DNA from: a virus
Lineage: Duplodnaviria; Caudoviricetes
Direction: 5' to 3' (one strand)
Length of the DNA stretch: 64,000 bases
IMG/VR virus record: IMGVR_UViG_3300048582_000168
Location: 1,306 to 65,305 of that record
Shown here: positions 38,235 to 48,059 of the stretch, piece after piece
How positions within the stretch are numbered: position 1 is the first letter of the stretch
How the letters are laid out: each line of letters begins with the position of its first letter
The notes under the pieces: generated by a model
The model's input: the letters and a program-made list of their open reading frames with translations, nothing else
What the model was told of the DNA's origin: nothing
Databases searched by the model: none
Translations under genes and position numbers: made by a program

Positions 38235-38894
38235 TCAGACGCCGAAGCGCGCCTTGCAGGCGGACAATTCGGCGTTGCGGGCGGGCTTCGACGTCGGCTG
38301 GAAAACCAGCTTGCGGCCCTGCAGGTCGCACTTGGCACCCCAGCCGGGGTTTGCGCTTTTCGAGGACGCGGTCTCGGCAGTCGCGGCAGGCTTCGACCAG
38401 TCGCGGCCACCACCAAGGACACCACCGCCCCGGCGAGGCTCGTCGCAGCCGGTCACCAGACCGACCTGTTCCATGGCGCGGCAGGCACCCTTGTCGCGGC
38501 CCGCGATGACAAGCTGGGCGGCCTTGTAGGCGGCCTTGTCACCGGTCGCGCCCATGACCATGAGCATACAGGCGCTGTCGACCTTCATGCCGCCGATGCC
38601 AGCGCCACCGCCGATCACGCTGATCTGTGCGGTTGCAGGCGAAAATGCGCAAGGATGACCTCCACCCAAACTCAATCCACCGAGAGACGGGGCAGACGAC
38701 ACCTCGGCATAGACGGTGTTGTCCTTGCCAGCTTTCTGGCCGTAGTTGTTGATCTGCGACCCGGCAATCGCGCCGGTCGAGACTTCGACTTCAGAATTCG
38801 CGCCAGAGATGGCGGTGCTTTCAGAGGATTGCGCCAGAACCGGACCCGCGATCAGCAGGGCCACAGAGGCGCAGACAGTCAGAAGGAATTTCAT
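38235..38894 (-). CDS. Secreted Cys-containing protein
   Basis: Signal peptide MKFLLTVCASVALLIAGPVLA; GGAG RBS. Confidence 0.65.
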   Translation of the reverse strand: MKFLLTVCASVALLIAGPVLAQSSESTAISGANSEVEVSTGAIAGSQINNYGQKAGKDNTVYAEVSSAPSLGGLSLGGGHPCAFSPATAQISVIGGGAGIGGMKVDSACMLMVMGATGDKAAYKAAQLVIAGRDKGACRAMEQVGLVTGCDEPRRGGGVLGGGRDWSKPAATAETASSKSANPGWGAKCDLQGRKLVFQPTSKPARNAELSACKARFGV

Positions 38895-39011
38895 GGGGAT
38901 GACTCCTGCATGGGGGGAAGGAAGGGGAGGGGTGCGCGGCGTGACCATCCCATCGCGCACCCCCGTCTTGTCACCACAGCCAACCGCGAAAGCGGTCAGC
39001 ACCGGCTGCGG

Positions 39012-39398
39012 TCAGGGCTGAAAAACGCCGAGACCGCCAAAGGCGAAGGCGTTCGAACCGCTGCCACCGGCAGTCGCCGAACCCGAGAAGCCGCCAGCAC
39101 CGCCGAGCGAAGCCGAGCCGTTCACGGCGGTGGTCTCGTTCGACGAGAAGGTCGAGGTGGTCGCACCCGACAAGAGGCCGATGGTGCCGCCGATGCCGAT
39201 GCCAGCCGAATAGTTGCGGCTGTTCACCTGCGAGCCGGACACGGCAAGGCCGTTGCCAAGCGAACCGGCGCCGCCAAGGGTCGAGTATTCACCCTCTGCG
39301 CCGGACTGCGAGACAGCGCCGGTGCCGAAGACGACTTCAGCCGAGAGAACCGCAGCCGACAGGAACAGGGCGGCGGAAGCGAGAAGAATTTTCTTCAT
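39012..39398 (-). CDS. Secreted Gly/Ser-rich protein
   Basis: Signal peptide MKKILLASAALFLSAAVLSA; low-complexity mature part. Confidence 0.65.
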   Translation of the reverse strand: MKKILLASAALFLSAAVLSAEVVFGTGAVSQSGAEGEYSTLGGAGSLGNGLAVSGSQVNSRNYSAGIGIGGTIGLLSGATTSTFSSNETTAVNGSASLGGAGGFSGSATAGGSGSNAFAFGGLGVFQP

Positions 39399-39444
39399 GG
39401 TGGTCTCCTGTTGAACGCTGCCGGGCCAGCAGCGGGGGGTAGGT

Positions 39445-39885
39445 TCAGCCGGTGCCCGTCTCGCGGCTGAAATCGTCAAACTCGATGGTTTCCAGATCGA
39501 CCCGGATGGGGCGGTAGAAGAAATCCCCCGTCCGGCGCCCGGTCTCTTTTTCGATGGACCGCTCGTATTTCAACCAAGTGATCTCGTCGAATTCAAGGTC
39601 CGCCAAGGCCACGCCGGTCAAGAGAAGCATGATGGGGTCGCCCCCGGTCCAGAAGAATGCGTCGGTGTCCGGCCCCTCCACGTCCTCGAGTCGGGACTGG
39701 ATATCCCGCCGGGTGCCCATGATGTCCTCGTGGGCATAGACGCCGGAGCCCATGAGGGTCCGCAACTCGCCTCCCGTCTCGAGATGAGACAGGACCGGGG
39801 TGACGTCAGGAATCGACCCGCCACGCGAAATCGTCGGCTGCTGGATCAGCCAGATACGCTGGAACTTGGGCGGCGGGTTCGACAT
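39445..39885 (-). CDS. Hypothetical protein
   Basis: CTGAAAGG upstream; GGDP motif. Confidence 0.55.
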   Translation of the reverse strand: MSNPPPKFQRIWLIQQPTISRGGSIPDVTPVLSHLETGGELRTLMGSGVYAHEDIMGTRRDIQSRLEDVEGPDTDAFFWTGGDPIMLLLTGVALADLEFDEITWLKYERSIEKETGRRTGDFFYRPIRVDLETIEFDDFSRETGTG

Positions 39886-39953
39886 TTGGCAGGTAACCTT
39901 TCAGGGAGACGCTCTCACGCCCGTGATCAGTAAGACCCGGGCGCGGGCAGGTG

Positions 39954-40229
39954 TCAAGGCAACTTTGCAAGGCTGTCGAGAAGCTGGTTCATGAGGCCCC
40001 GGTAATGCTCCGCCGCAGCCGCCCGCTTTTCGGGCCGGATCGACTCGAACTCCGAGATCAGCAGGCGACCGATGATGATGTTGCGGACACACCGCTCGCA
40101 CAGGTCGTTCGCCTTCGCGTTGAGCGTGGCCATTTCGACGCAGGCACCCGCGACCAGAGACAGGTGTTCGCGGTTGTGGCGCGGATCGTTCGGCCCGTCG
40201 CCGTGGCCGGGGTCTTCATCGAAGGGCAT
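39954..40229 (-). CDS. Hypothetical protein
   Basis: CTGAAAGGA RBS. Confidence 0.5.
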   Translation of the reverse strand: MPFDEDPGHGDGPNDPRHNREHLSLVAGACVEMATLNAKANDLCERCVRNIIIGRLLISEFESIRPEKRAAAAEHYRGLMNQLLDSLAKLP

Positions 40230-40243
40230 GGGGTGGCATCCTT

Positions 40244-41758
40244 TCAGAGCAAGAGGTTACGCAGGGTATCGACCGTCATGGTCCCGATATCGGTCTTGGC
40301 GGCGAGCGCCTTCAGGATGACCTCATCCATCGACCCGGTGGCCACGAAGTCGGTGTAGAAGCAAGGCGCCTTCTGGTCGCCCCGGTGAATCCGCTTGATC
40401 GACTGGATCCGGTGTTCAAGGTGAAAGCTGTTGGCGATGTAGAAGGCCCGCGAGGCCCATTGCATCCCGTCGACCCCCGTCCCGCCGGAGGCAGGGTTCG
40501 CGATCAGCACGCCCCCCTTGGCCTTCCAGACGTCCACGTCGGCCAGTGTCCGGAACCGGGTGCCGCCCTCGCCAAAGACCTCCTCGAGCCGGTTCAGAAG
40601 CGGGATGAAGGGAGCCCAGATCACCACCGGAGCGCCGCCAAGGTCTTCGACCGCCTCCTTGATGGCGTCGATCTTGGCGTCCGACAGCCAATGCACGGTG
40701 CCGTCCTCATCGCGGACGAAGCCCGAGGCGATCTCCTGCAGGCGCAGAAGCTGGGTCAGCACGATCTGCGCGGTCACCACGGTCGAGCCCGTCGCGGTCC
40801 GCAGGCCCGCCATCATCAGGCTCTCCATCTGGCCGTAAGCCTTCAACTGCGCGCCTTCCATTTCGACCTCGTAGGTCTGGAAGACCTGCGCAGGCATGTC
40901 GATGGCGTCGATATCGCGGACCCGAGAGGTGAAGGGCGCAATGCGCGCCATCAATTCGTCCTGATTTTTCGGCCCGATGATCCGCACGGCTTTAGGCTGG
41001 CCGGGGACCGGGGCGGTCTTGCAGAACTTGTCGCGGAACCGCACGAAGCTGTCCGCATCGCCTTTTCCGTCGGGGCCCGGGCGCGAGATGATCAGCTTGT
41101 CGAGGAAGGCGAACTGCGTCCACAAGTCCTGCACCCCCTGCAGGATGGGCGTGCCGGTCAATGTCCGGCGGACCTTGGCAGGATGCACCCCGTCGCGGGC
41201 ATAGCGCAGCACGCCCCGGGTCTGCTGGGCCAGAGGATCCTTGATCCGGTGGGACTCGTCGACGCAGAGGTAAACCCCCCGTTTCGAGGTGGTCATGATC
41301 CGGTCGAGAAGCTGGACCGCCGCAGGCAGGGGGACGTAGTGACCCTTCGTCGGTCGCCCGATGCGGATGGCCTCGAAGTTGAAGGCGAAGACCCGCAACT
41401 TGCGCTGGATTTCCCCGACCTGCAGTGCGACCTCGAACTCGTTCAGCCGCTTGCCGGACGCAAGCCCGCCCTTCGGCCAAAACCAGCCCTTCCAAGCGTA
41501 ACCAGCCCAGCGCGGGAACTGCTTCTCGACCCATTGGCGGGAAACCCGGTTCGGGGCGATGATGACCAGCGTGTCGATATCCCCGTCGAGGAACATCTCG
41601 CCCGCCTCCGCGATGACCGACAGGGTCTTGCCGGTCCCGGGGTCGTGCTGCAGGGCGAAGGCCGCCCGGTTGCGCGAGCGCGCCTTTGCCGACACCTGAT
41701 GGTGCCAAAGCGGACCTTTGACGGGCGAGGTGGCGGGCTGGGGAGCAGCAGCATTCAT
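40244..41758 (-). CDS. SNF2-family (SF2) helicase
   Basis: DPGTGKT, VDESHRIK, LTGTP, QSIKRIHR. Confidence 0.9.
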   Translation of the reverse strand: MNAAAPQPATSPVKGPLWHHQVSAKARSRNRAAFALQHDPGTGKTLSVIAEAGEMFLDGDIDTLVIIAPNRVSRQWVEKQFPRWAGYAWKGWFWPKGGLASGKRLNEFEVALQVGEIQRKLRVFAFNFEAIRIGRPTKGHYVPLPAAVQLLDRIMTTSKRGVYLCVDESHRIKDPLAQQTRGVLRYARDGVHPAKVRRTLTGTPILQGVQDLWTQFAFLDKLIISRPGPDGKGDADSFVRFRDKFCKTAPVPGQPKAVRIIGPKNQDELMARIAPFTSRVRDIDAIDMPAQVFQTYEVEMEGAQLKAYGQMESLMMAGLRTATGSTVVTAQIVLTQLLRLQEIASGFVRDEDGTVHWLSDAKIDAIKEAVEDLGGAPVVIWAPFIPLLNRLEEVFGEGGTRFRTLADVDVWKAKGGVLIANPASGGTGVDGMQWASRAFYIANSFHLEHRIQSIKRIHRGDQKAPCFYTDFVATGSMDEVILKALAAKTDIGTMTVDTLRNLLL

Positions 41759-41767
41759 CAGGTGACC

Positions 41768-42154
41768 TCAGACCATGATCGGCGGGGGAACGGGAAGCAC
41801 CACGCCATGCGGGCGCCACAGGTGCAAGACGTAAGGGTGGACCGAGATATGATCGGCCTCGGGCATGCCATACTGGACGGTGACCTCGTCGGGCCGGAAG
41901 AACAGCCGGTGGATCAGCATCATTTCGCCCCACTCCGGGCAGCGCGCCTTGGTCGAGACCGAGACGTGATCCCAGCCGTCGCCGTTCGCAGCGATGACCC
42001 GCAAGGCGGCCTTGGCCTTGTAGCCGTGGGCAGCCGTCCCGGCGGGGAACAAGAACGCCCCGCCATCCGACTCGGGGATCCCGAAAAACACACCCCGGGC
42101 GGCATCGCTGCGGTCGCGGAACCGCTGAAAGAGGGAGGCAGACAGGTCACGCAT
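41768..42154 (-). CDS. Conserved phage protein (WDHVSVS family)
   Basis: GWDHVSVS..RCPEWGEM, HPYVLHLWRP. Confidence 0.6.
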   Translation of the reverse strand: MRDLSASLFQRFRDRSDAARGVFFGIPESDGGAFLFPAGTAAHGYKAKAALRVIAANGDGWDHVSVSTKARCPEWGEMMLIHRLFFRPDEVTVQYGMPEADHISVHPYVLHLWRPHGVVLPVPPPIMV

Positions 42155-42482
42155 CGGTGGCAACTCCGGTCCAAGACTTGATCGCGCCGCGCTTGAATGA
42201 CAGCGACGGGGCGTGGTTGTGGAAGAACAGGGCATAGCGAAAGAGCGCATGCCGGTTGACGTCATCGGCCAGAGCGCATGCCTTGAACAGATCGCCCTCG
42301 ATCACCGCCTCGAGGAAGTCGTCGTAGCACTCCCCGATGGTGACCCAAGCGACAACCGCGTGCAGCATGTGGGCCGGGATGTTGGTCGCCAGACCGGTCG
42401 CCCAATCGGGATTGAAGACCCGGGAATAGACCTCCACCGGGGTCTTTTTGTCCATGAGGGCGAGGATTTCGGTGCGGGTCAT
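42147..42482 (-). CDS. Hypothetical phage protein
   Basis: FLEAVIEGDLFKAC..AD. Confidence 0.55.
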   Translation of the reverse strand: MTRTEILALMDKKTPVEVYSRVFNPDWATGLATNIPAHMLHAVVAWVTIGECYDDFLEAVIEGDLFKACALADDVNRHALFRYALFFHNHAPSLSFKRGAIKSWTGVATDA

Positions 42483-43087
42483 TTGCCTACTCCCAGACGA
42501 CCCCAGCAAATGGGGCCGATACCACGTTGAACCGACAGCGGGTCGGTCAGGGTGCGACCGCAGCATCCGCAGATGCCGGTCGTTTTGCCGAAAACTGCAA
42601 GAGCCCCGACGGCGTCATCGCCGAACTCCGACAGGGCGTCGATAATCGCATCGAAGGCCCGATGCGCGCCCTTGCGGCGGATCGAGTCGTCCGGCAGGGC
42701 GATGCCGACGTAAGCCCAGTCGAACCCCTTGGCCTTCGCGGCCTCGGTGTAGGACAGCTTCAGGTAGTCGCCCTTGGCACCCTTGCAGAGCATCAGGCGG
42801 ACGCGGCCTTCACCGGCAAGCACCTGCACTTGCGGCCACTCGTTGTCGAGGTGCGCGGCGGTCGAGAAAGCAGCCCAGAGGCCGGGGACCGAAGCGTCCT
42901 CCTTGGCGGCAGGCTTGGCCTCATTGGTCAGCTTGTCGACCCAGACCCATTGCTTTTCCGAGAGAGAGCCCTTGGTGGTGAACTGCGCGACCAGCGACTG
43001 AACAAAGCTGTTCTTGCCACCGGTCGCGGCGACTAGAGCCTCGATGCGGGCGGCAGGCGAGGGGGCGGATTTGATTTCGGCGATCAT
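42479..43087 (-). CDS. DUF6011 Zn-ribbon protein
   Basis: CGCCGRTLTDPLSVQRGIGPIC. Confidence 0.75.
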   Translation of the reverse strand: MIAEIKSAPSPAARIEALVAATGGKNSFVQSLVAQFTTKGSLSEKQWVWVDKLTNEAKPAAKEDASVPGLWAAFSTAAHLDNEWPQVQVLAGEGRVRLMLCKGAKGDYLKLSYTEAAKAKGFDWAYVGIALPDDSIRRKGAHRAFDAIIDALSEFGDDAVGALAVFGKTTGICGCCGRTLTDPLSVQRGIGPICWGRLGVGK

Positions 43088-43130
43088 GGCTTGAACCTTT
43101 CAGGGGCCCATCGGTGGGCATACCCGGAAG

Positions 43131-43394
43131 TTAGGCCAAGGCGTTCCGTTCGTCAAGTCCAGACTTGTCAGATTTCCGCTCTTTGCCCCTCGATTTTACC
43201 CGATCTGCCTTGATCTTGGCGTCGTTCGCCTTGGCATCGTCCAGCCAACCGCGAACAGCGCAGAACTGCCAGACCGCCTGCTTGGTGATCCCGAACTCCG
43301 CCGCGATGGCAGTCATGCCCTTACCCCGGTCAAGGAGTTTGCGGACCTGCTTCTCGCGTTCGGCGCGCTGCGCGTGGGTAAAGGTGGTGGCCAT
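43131..43394 (-). CDS. Helix-turn-helix DNA-binding protein
   Basis: GMTAIAAEFGITKQAVWQF. Confidence 0.7.
   Translation of the reverse strand: MATTFTHAQRAEREKQVRKLLDRGKGMTAIAAEFGITKQAVWQFCAVRGWLDDAKANDAKIKADRVKSRGKERKSDKSGLDERNALA
43152..43169 (-). promoter_or_regulatory. Operator/promoter palindrome copy
   Basis: GTCAAGTCCAGACTTGTC; minus strand gives TTGACG-N17-TAACTT. Confidence 0.65.
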
Positions 43395-43463
43395 GGTTTT
43401 CTATCCCTTGTGGCGAAGGCCCGAGCGGTCACCCGCCCGGGCCGACAAGTTACTCGAGCCCGA

Positions 43464-44543
43464 TCAGTCCTGCACCATCGGGGCGGCGTCCAATTCGCCA
43501 GCCGAGAACTGCTGGGCATAGCGCGCGGCCTTGTGGAAGATGGCCGCCGTCGGAACCCGACCCTGATAGGTCGAGGTGAAGTTGAAGTAAGCCTCCGAGC
43601 CTTCACCCTCCCTCTTAGACCCGAGCGTGAACAGGTTCGCGTAGATCGGCGGGATATGCTCCGCCCCGTCGGGGCCGATGAGGATCTGCGACATGATGAC
43701 GGTGTTCATCCGCGCCGCGACCTTGGCCTTGGTGCCCGCCATACTGATGACCGCAGGGCGGTAGACCAGCCCGTCAGTCGACAGAAGGACAGCCCACTCC
43801 GGCGTGTCGACGACCTCGACCAGACCGATCTTCTGATCCATGTAGGCACGCTTGCCGATGGAGACCTCCTCCAAGGTCTTGTATTCCGACTCCGGCACGT
43901 CCGGACGGACCAGACCGCCGCCGCCGCCCTTTTCGTCGCGCGGCTTCCACGCCACGAAGCGCCGCTTGTAGAAGACCGGCACGATGAACGCCTCGGTCAT
44001 GAGCGCGTCCGGCCCTTCCTTGACGGTGTCCATCAGCATGCCCGCCTCGGCACCCTGAATGTAGGTCATGGTCCCCTTTTTCACCTGCGGGGAGTTGTCC
44101 TGCAGGAGCGCGATGCGGGGGATTTGCAGGTCGCGCGTCTCGAAATTCAGGCCGCGCCCGGCATGCTGCAGAAAGAGCGCGTCGAGATCGGACGGCGCAC
44201 CCGTGGTCAGGGCCCCGCCGGTCGCGGCCTGTGCAACAGCCGTGCCTTTCGCGGGCTGCTTGGCGGGCGGCTTGGCAGCCTTGGCCTGATCCGACAGCTT
44301 CTGCGTCGCGGCCTGAGCGGCAGCCTGAGCGGCGGCCTCCGCCTTGGCCTTCTGGTCGATTTCCTCCTCGGTCAGAGGCACCTCGTCAGCGACTTTGTGG
44401 ACCGGCGCCGGGTCGGCAGCCGGGGCCGCCTGAGTGGCCCCCGTCAGCGCGGCCAGCTTGGCCTGCAGGGCGGCAATCTCGTCCTGCGGGTTTGCGGTAG
44501 TCTTGACCTCACCGGTCTCCGGGTCGATTTCTTCGATAGCCAT
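43464..44543 (-). CDS. Putative ssDNA-binding/recombination protein
   Basis: DLQIPRIALLQ..SPQV, GAEAG, FVAWKPR; typical of phage SSB-like genes near a helicase. Confidence 0.55.
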   Translation of the reverse strand: MAIEEIDPETGEVKTTANPQDEIAALQAKLAALTGATQAAPAADPAPVHKVADEVPLTEEEIDQKAKAEAAAQAAAQAATQKLSDQAKAAKPPAKQPAKGTAVAQAATGGALTTGAPSDLDALFLQHAGRGLNFETRDLQIPRIALLQDNSPQVKKGTMTYIQGAEAGMLMDTVKEGPDALMTEAFIVPVFYKRRFVAWKPRDEKGGGGGLVRPDVPESEYKTLEEVSIGKRAYMDQKIGLVEVVDTPEWAVLLSTDGLVYRPAVISMAGTKAKVAARMNTVIMSQILIGPDGAEHIPPIYANLFTLGSKREGEGSEAYFNFTSTYQGRVPTAAIFHKAARYAQQFSAGELDAAPMVQD

Positions 44544-44545
44544 GG

Positions 44546-45124
44546 TCACTTCCTTTTCACAGTGGCTTCAACCGAGGCGAACAGCCCCAGCATCCCAAGG
44601 TCGATGGGGGTTCCATCGGCCAGCTTTTCACGCCCGAACGCCTGCAGCGTCGAGGAATGAACTTTCCGCTCAAGCGCGACCTCACGGTTGAAGGTCGAGC
44701 CGATCAATTCGGCGACGCGGGTCGCCAAGTCTTCCTCGCCCGGACCGAACTCGACGGTCATGGTCGTGGCGATGCCGCCGGGGAAGCCCAACTGCTGGAG
44801 AAGCAGGAACGCCTTCTCGACGTCCGGCGCGGAACTGATCGCGCCCTTGACCTTGGTCTCGACCGCGACCCGCATCCCTTCACCCTCCCAAGCGCGAGCG
44901 CCAAGCTGGGCCATCAGGTCGGGGATGGTCTTCTGCTGCAGATCCCGAAGCTGCGTCCCGATGATCTTGTCGCGGTTGGCAAGCTGGGCGGACTCATCCT
45001 TCAGGACAAGCACCTGCGCCGCGACGTCGGTCAGCTTTTCCGCCGGGGTCTTTTCGGCAGGCGGATCGACAGGCGGCAGGTTATGGCCGGGCCCCGCAGG
45101 ACCGGCTTCGTCGGGTTCAGGCAT
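44546..45124 (-). CDS. Conserved phage replication-module protein
   Basis: IPDLMAQLG ... KVHSSTLQAF.RE. Confidence 0.55.
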   Translation of the reverse strand: MPEPDEAGPAGPGHNLPPVDPPAEKTPAEKLTDVAAQVLVLKDESAQLANRDKIIGTQLRDLQQKTIPDLMAQLGARAWEGEGMRVAVETKVKGAISSAPDVEKAFLLLQQLGFPGGIATTMTVEFGPGEEDLATRVAELIGSTFNREVALERKVHSSTLQAFGREKLADGTPIDLGMLGLFASVEATVKRK

Positions 45125-45144
45125 GGTGGTCGTCTCCCTTTCAG

Positions 45145-45162
45145 AACAAGTCTGGACTTTAC
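45145..45162 (-). promoter_or_regulatory. Operator palindrome copy over a -10 region
   Basis: Minus strand GTAAAGTCCAGACTTGTT; TTGCCA-N16-TAAAGT. Confidence 0.55.
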
Positions 45163-45189
45163 CAGACGGGGGTGTGTTGGCAAGCGCAA

Positions 45190-46485
45190 TCATGCCGTCA
45201 CGGCGACCGGAGACATGAAAGCATAGCCCGCCGCAGCCGAGCCCCGGATATGCTCCGAGCGCCAGACCCGGAAGGCCCCGCAGGCGCACTCCTGCCGCCG
45301 TCCGGCCTCCCCGGCGGGGGTCCACAGGTGCGCGCAAGAGCCCGACCCGTGGCGCAGGTAATGCACCCAGTGGCCCCGCACCTGATGCTCCACCTTCAGC
45401 GACCGCGAGGGCCCCTGCGGAGCCTCGTCGCGCGGGCGGGTGACGATGAGGCGCGACAGGTCGATGCGGATGTTCGATACCGCCATGAAGGGCGTCCGGC
45501 GGTGCCCCACCATCCGCGACCCGGCAGGCCGGGTGGTCTCGATCACGGTCGAGCCGCTCTCGCCAAGGACCGCCATGATGGCGAGGATGATCCGGCCCGT
45601 CCCGCGCGCCTCCATGATCGGCTGGGTCATCATGTCGTCATCCCAGCCGTCCTTTCCGTCGAAGTCCCGGGGGGAACAGTAGGGCGACCAGACCGGGGTC
45701 ATCGTGAGCCCGATGGACGCGGTATCGGCGGTCTCGGACCGAATCCGCTCGTTCCAATTCATGAGCCCGCCATCGGTCCCGAAGGACGGCGGCAGGAAGG
45801 CGTGGCCAAGCGTCCACGCATCCTCATGCGGGCGGCCAAGCATCATTTCCGACAGGACGGCCTCGACCGCCTTGCGGCTTTCAGGGGAGAGGCCGATGAA
45901 GGACTCCTGTTCGTCGATCCGCATCTTCGCCCGGGCATGGATGGCCTCGAGGTTCGCGGTCATCCGACGGCGCACCGAATCGCGACAGCCGGGATCCGGG
46001 TGCGGCAAGGTCTCGCCGGAAAAGTCGAAGCGGATCGAGACGGGCTCGACCGTGAGACCGACCATGGCGCCGGTCTGGGTGACCTTCATCCGACCCAGCG
46101 CAGACGCGGTCCCCCGGGCGCCGGTCTCGTCGGCGGTGATCAGGATGGGGAACTCGTTCGGCGCCTCCGGGTCGACCTCGCCTCCTCCGGTCGCGGTCAG
46201 CGACAGGAAGTGGGCGTAGTCGAAGATGCAGATCGACGCAGGCCACGGCATCCGGGCCGACAGGGCAGCCCTGAGAAGGTCGGAGGGGGGAAGGGACGCG
46301 ACAGAGGCAAGGACCGCCGTGGCGGCCTTGTCGAAGACCACGATGCGAGAGCGCAGCACGTCGGCCTTCAGCCGGTTGAAGACCCGGGACTGCGAGGCAG
46401 CGCCGCGCGCCCAGAGGGTGGTGTTCTTGGGGTCGGAGACAGCCCAGCGGATATAGTCCGGGGCGGACAGGTCATCGGGTTTCAT
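45190..46485 (-). CDS. Hypothetical protein
   Basis: C-terminal EHQVRGHW...WRSEHIRG; CTGAAAGGA RBS. Confidence 0.6.
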   Translation of the reverse strand: MKPDDLSAPDYIRWAVSDPKNTTLWARGAASQSRVFNRLKADVLRSRIVVFDKAATAVLASVASLPPSDLLRAALSARMPWPASICIFDYAHFLSLTATGGGEVDPEAPNEFPILITADETGARGTASALGRMKVTQTGAMVGLTVEPVSIRFDFSGETLPHPDPGCRDSVRRRMTANLEAIHARAKMRIDEQESFIGLSPESRKAVEAVLSEMMLGRPHEDAWTLGHAFLPPSFGTDGGLMNWNERIRSETADTASIGLTMTPVWSPYCSPRDFDGKDGWDDDMMTQPIMEARGTGRIILAIMAVLGESGSTVIETTRPAGSRMVGHRRTPFMAVSNIRIDLSRLIVTRPRDEAPQGPSRSLKVEHQVRGHWVHYLRHGSGSCAHLWTPAGEAGRRQECACGAFRVWRSEHIRGSAAAGYAFMSPVAVTA

Positions 46486-46519
46486 GCGCTTCCTTTCAGG
46501 GCCCGGGCAGGGCGGGCGT

Positions 46520-46750
46520 TCAGACGTCGGTCGGCACCTTTTCCTTGGCCCGCCCGACCCGGAACTCGACCCGTTCCGCAAGGAACTTCATCGAGGCGGC
46601 GTCGGTGCGGTTGCTGTCATGGATCAACCAGATCGCGAGATCGAGCCTGCCCGACCGGGACAGGCTGACCACCATTTCGGCAGTCCGGTCGATCTCGCGT
46701 TCCTTGGTGCCGAAGGTGGTGATGGCGGCAGGATCGAAGGGGGAGGGCAT
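46520..46750 (-). CDS. Hypothetical protein
   Basis: TGATG-coupled. Confidence 0.45.
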   Translation of the reverse strand: MPSPFDPAAITTFGTKEREIDRTAEMVVSLSRSGRLDLAIWLIHDSNRTDAASMKFLAERVEFRVGRAKEKVPTDV

Positions 46751-47178
46751 CACACCTCCCGCATCGCGAAGGGGGCATTTCGCGCCCGGAACTTGTCGCT
46801 GACCCCGGACAGGGTGTTCGGATCGAACGCCTGCGCGGTGATCCACGCCTCCAAGTCGATCACGATGGGCAGGTCCGGATCATGGATATCCCAAGCCCGC
46901 ACGTCGGCCATTCCAGACGCGATGATCGACGTCGAGGCAAGCCAATGGTCGACATCCCGGCGGCAAGCGGCCTCGGTCTTGATCCGACCCCACTCCGGGT
47001 GCCAGAGCGCAAGCAGGACGTGCCCGGCATCCCAGCCCATGGAAAACGAGCGTTCGACGTAGCCCGACGGGTGGTTCACCTTGGCGTCTTGGCCGAGAAT
47101 GATGAAGCCCCGGAACTGGCGGAACTTGTCCCGCCAGTCATCGGTCACGGGCACGATGGGTTTGCGGTCCAGCGGCAT
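46750..47178 (-). CDS. Hypothetical protein
   Basis: TGATG-coupled. Confidence 0.5.
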   Translation of the reverse strand: MPLDRKPIVPVTDDWRDKFRQFRGFIILGQDAKVNHPSGYVERSFSMGWDAGHVLLALWHPEWGRIKTEAACRRDVDHWLASTSIIASGMADVRAWDIHDPDLPIVIDLEAWITAQAFDPNTLSGVSDKFRARNAPFAMREV

Positions 47179-47960
47179 CACACCCCCCGCCCGTGTTCCT
47201 TGACCATCTCCTCGCACTGGCGACGCTCCTCGGCGATCTCCGCGTCGGTGTAGCCCGCGTCGGCGTAGTCGGTCGCGCAGTCCGGGCAAAGGTCGTTGCC
47301 GTCGAGCGGGTGCGAGGCAGGCAGGTCAGAGGCACTCAGCCCGCAAGACCAGCACGCAGCTTCGCCCGCCGCCGTTGCGCCCGGCGTTTCCGAGATTTGC
47401 TCTGCGAGGCTGACGCAGTCGGCGCAGAACCCGTCCTTGAGGGCTGCGACCCCGAAGCGCATGCCGCAGCCGTCACAAAAGGGATCGTGGCGCTTTGCCT
47501 TGCCCCCCTTCGGGATCCCGGCCACGACCGGCGTGCGATAGTCCGTCCAGTCGTGAGACCCGTAGAGCGAGCCCTGCCGGGTGTCGCCATAGCCGGACCG
47601 ACCGTAGGGCCCGCCGGGCTGCAGCTTGCCGAAGACAGACCAGCCGGACATGCAGGCGTTGTAGATCGCCTTGTCTTCCTTCGGAAGCGACGACTTGAAG
47701 TTGCTGTAATTCATGGTCAGCGCCTCGCGGGCGAGAACCTGCGCGACTTCGAACCGGGTGGCGAAGACCCGGCCCGCATAGTCACCACCCGGGGTCGCGA
47801 CATAATCGTGCAGCGGGAACAGCTTGACGGCATCTTCCTTGCGCCGGAAGCGGACCGAGAGGATGGCATCTTCACCGGGGCCCGAGGGCTTGCCAGCGGC
47901 GTCCTTGGCGACGACGGACGCGAAGCCGCCGCCGTTTTCATTCGAGAATAGAATCCACAT
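47178..47960 (-). CDS. Hypothetical protein with Zn-finger-like C-terminus
   Basis: MWILF..GFASVV, DY.GR, YSNFK; CxxC pairs. Confidence 0.6.
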   Translation of the reverse strand: MWILFSNENGGGFASVVAKDAAGKPSGPGEDAILSVRFRRKEDAVKLFPLHDYVATPGGDYAGRVFATRFEVAQVLAREALTMNYSNFKSSLPKEDKAIYNACMSGWSVFGKLQPGGPYGRSGYGDTRQGSLYGSHDWTDYRTPVVAGIPKGGKAKRHDPFCDGCGMRFGVAALKDGFCADCVSLAEQISETPGATAAGEAACWSCGLSASDLPASHPLDGNDLCPDCATDYADAGYTDAEIAEERRQCEEMVKEHGRGV

Positions 47961-47976
47961 GGGATGGGTGTCCTTT

Positions 47977-48018
47977 CAGGGAGTAAGGCAGGGAGTAAGG
48001 CAGGGAGTAAGGCAGGGA
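47977..48018. repeat. 12-bp tandem repeat, 3.5 copies
   Basis: (CAGGGAGTAAGG)3 CAGGGA. Confidence 0.9.
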
Positions 48019-48041
48019 ACATGGTCCCCGCCGTTGATTTT

Positions 48042-48059
48042 GTCAAGTCCAGACTTAAC
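48042..48059 (-). promoter_or_regulatory. Operator/promoter palindrome copy
   Basis: GTCAAGTCCAGACTTAAC; minus strand gives TTGACA-N17-CATGTT. Confidence 0.65.
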
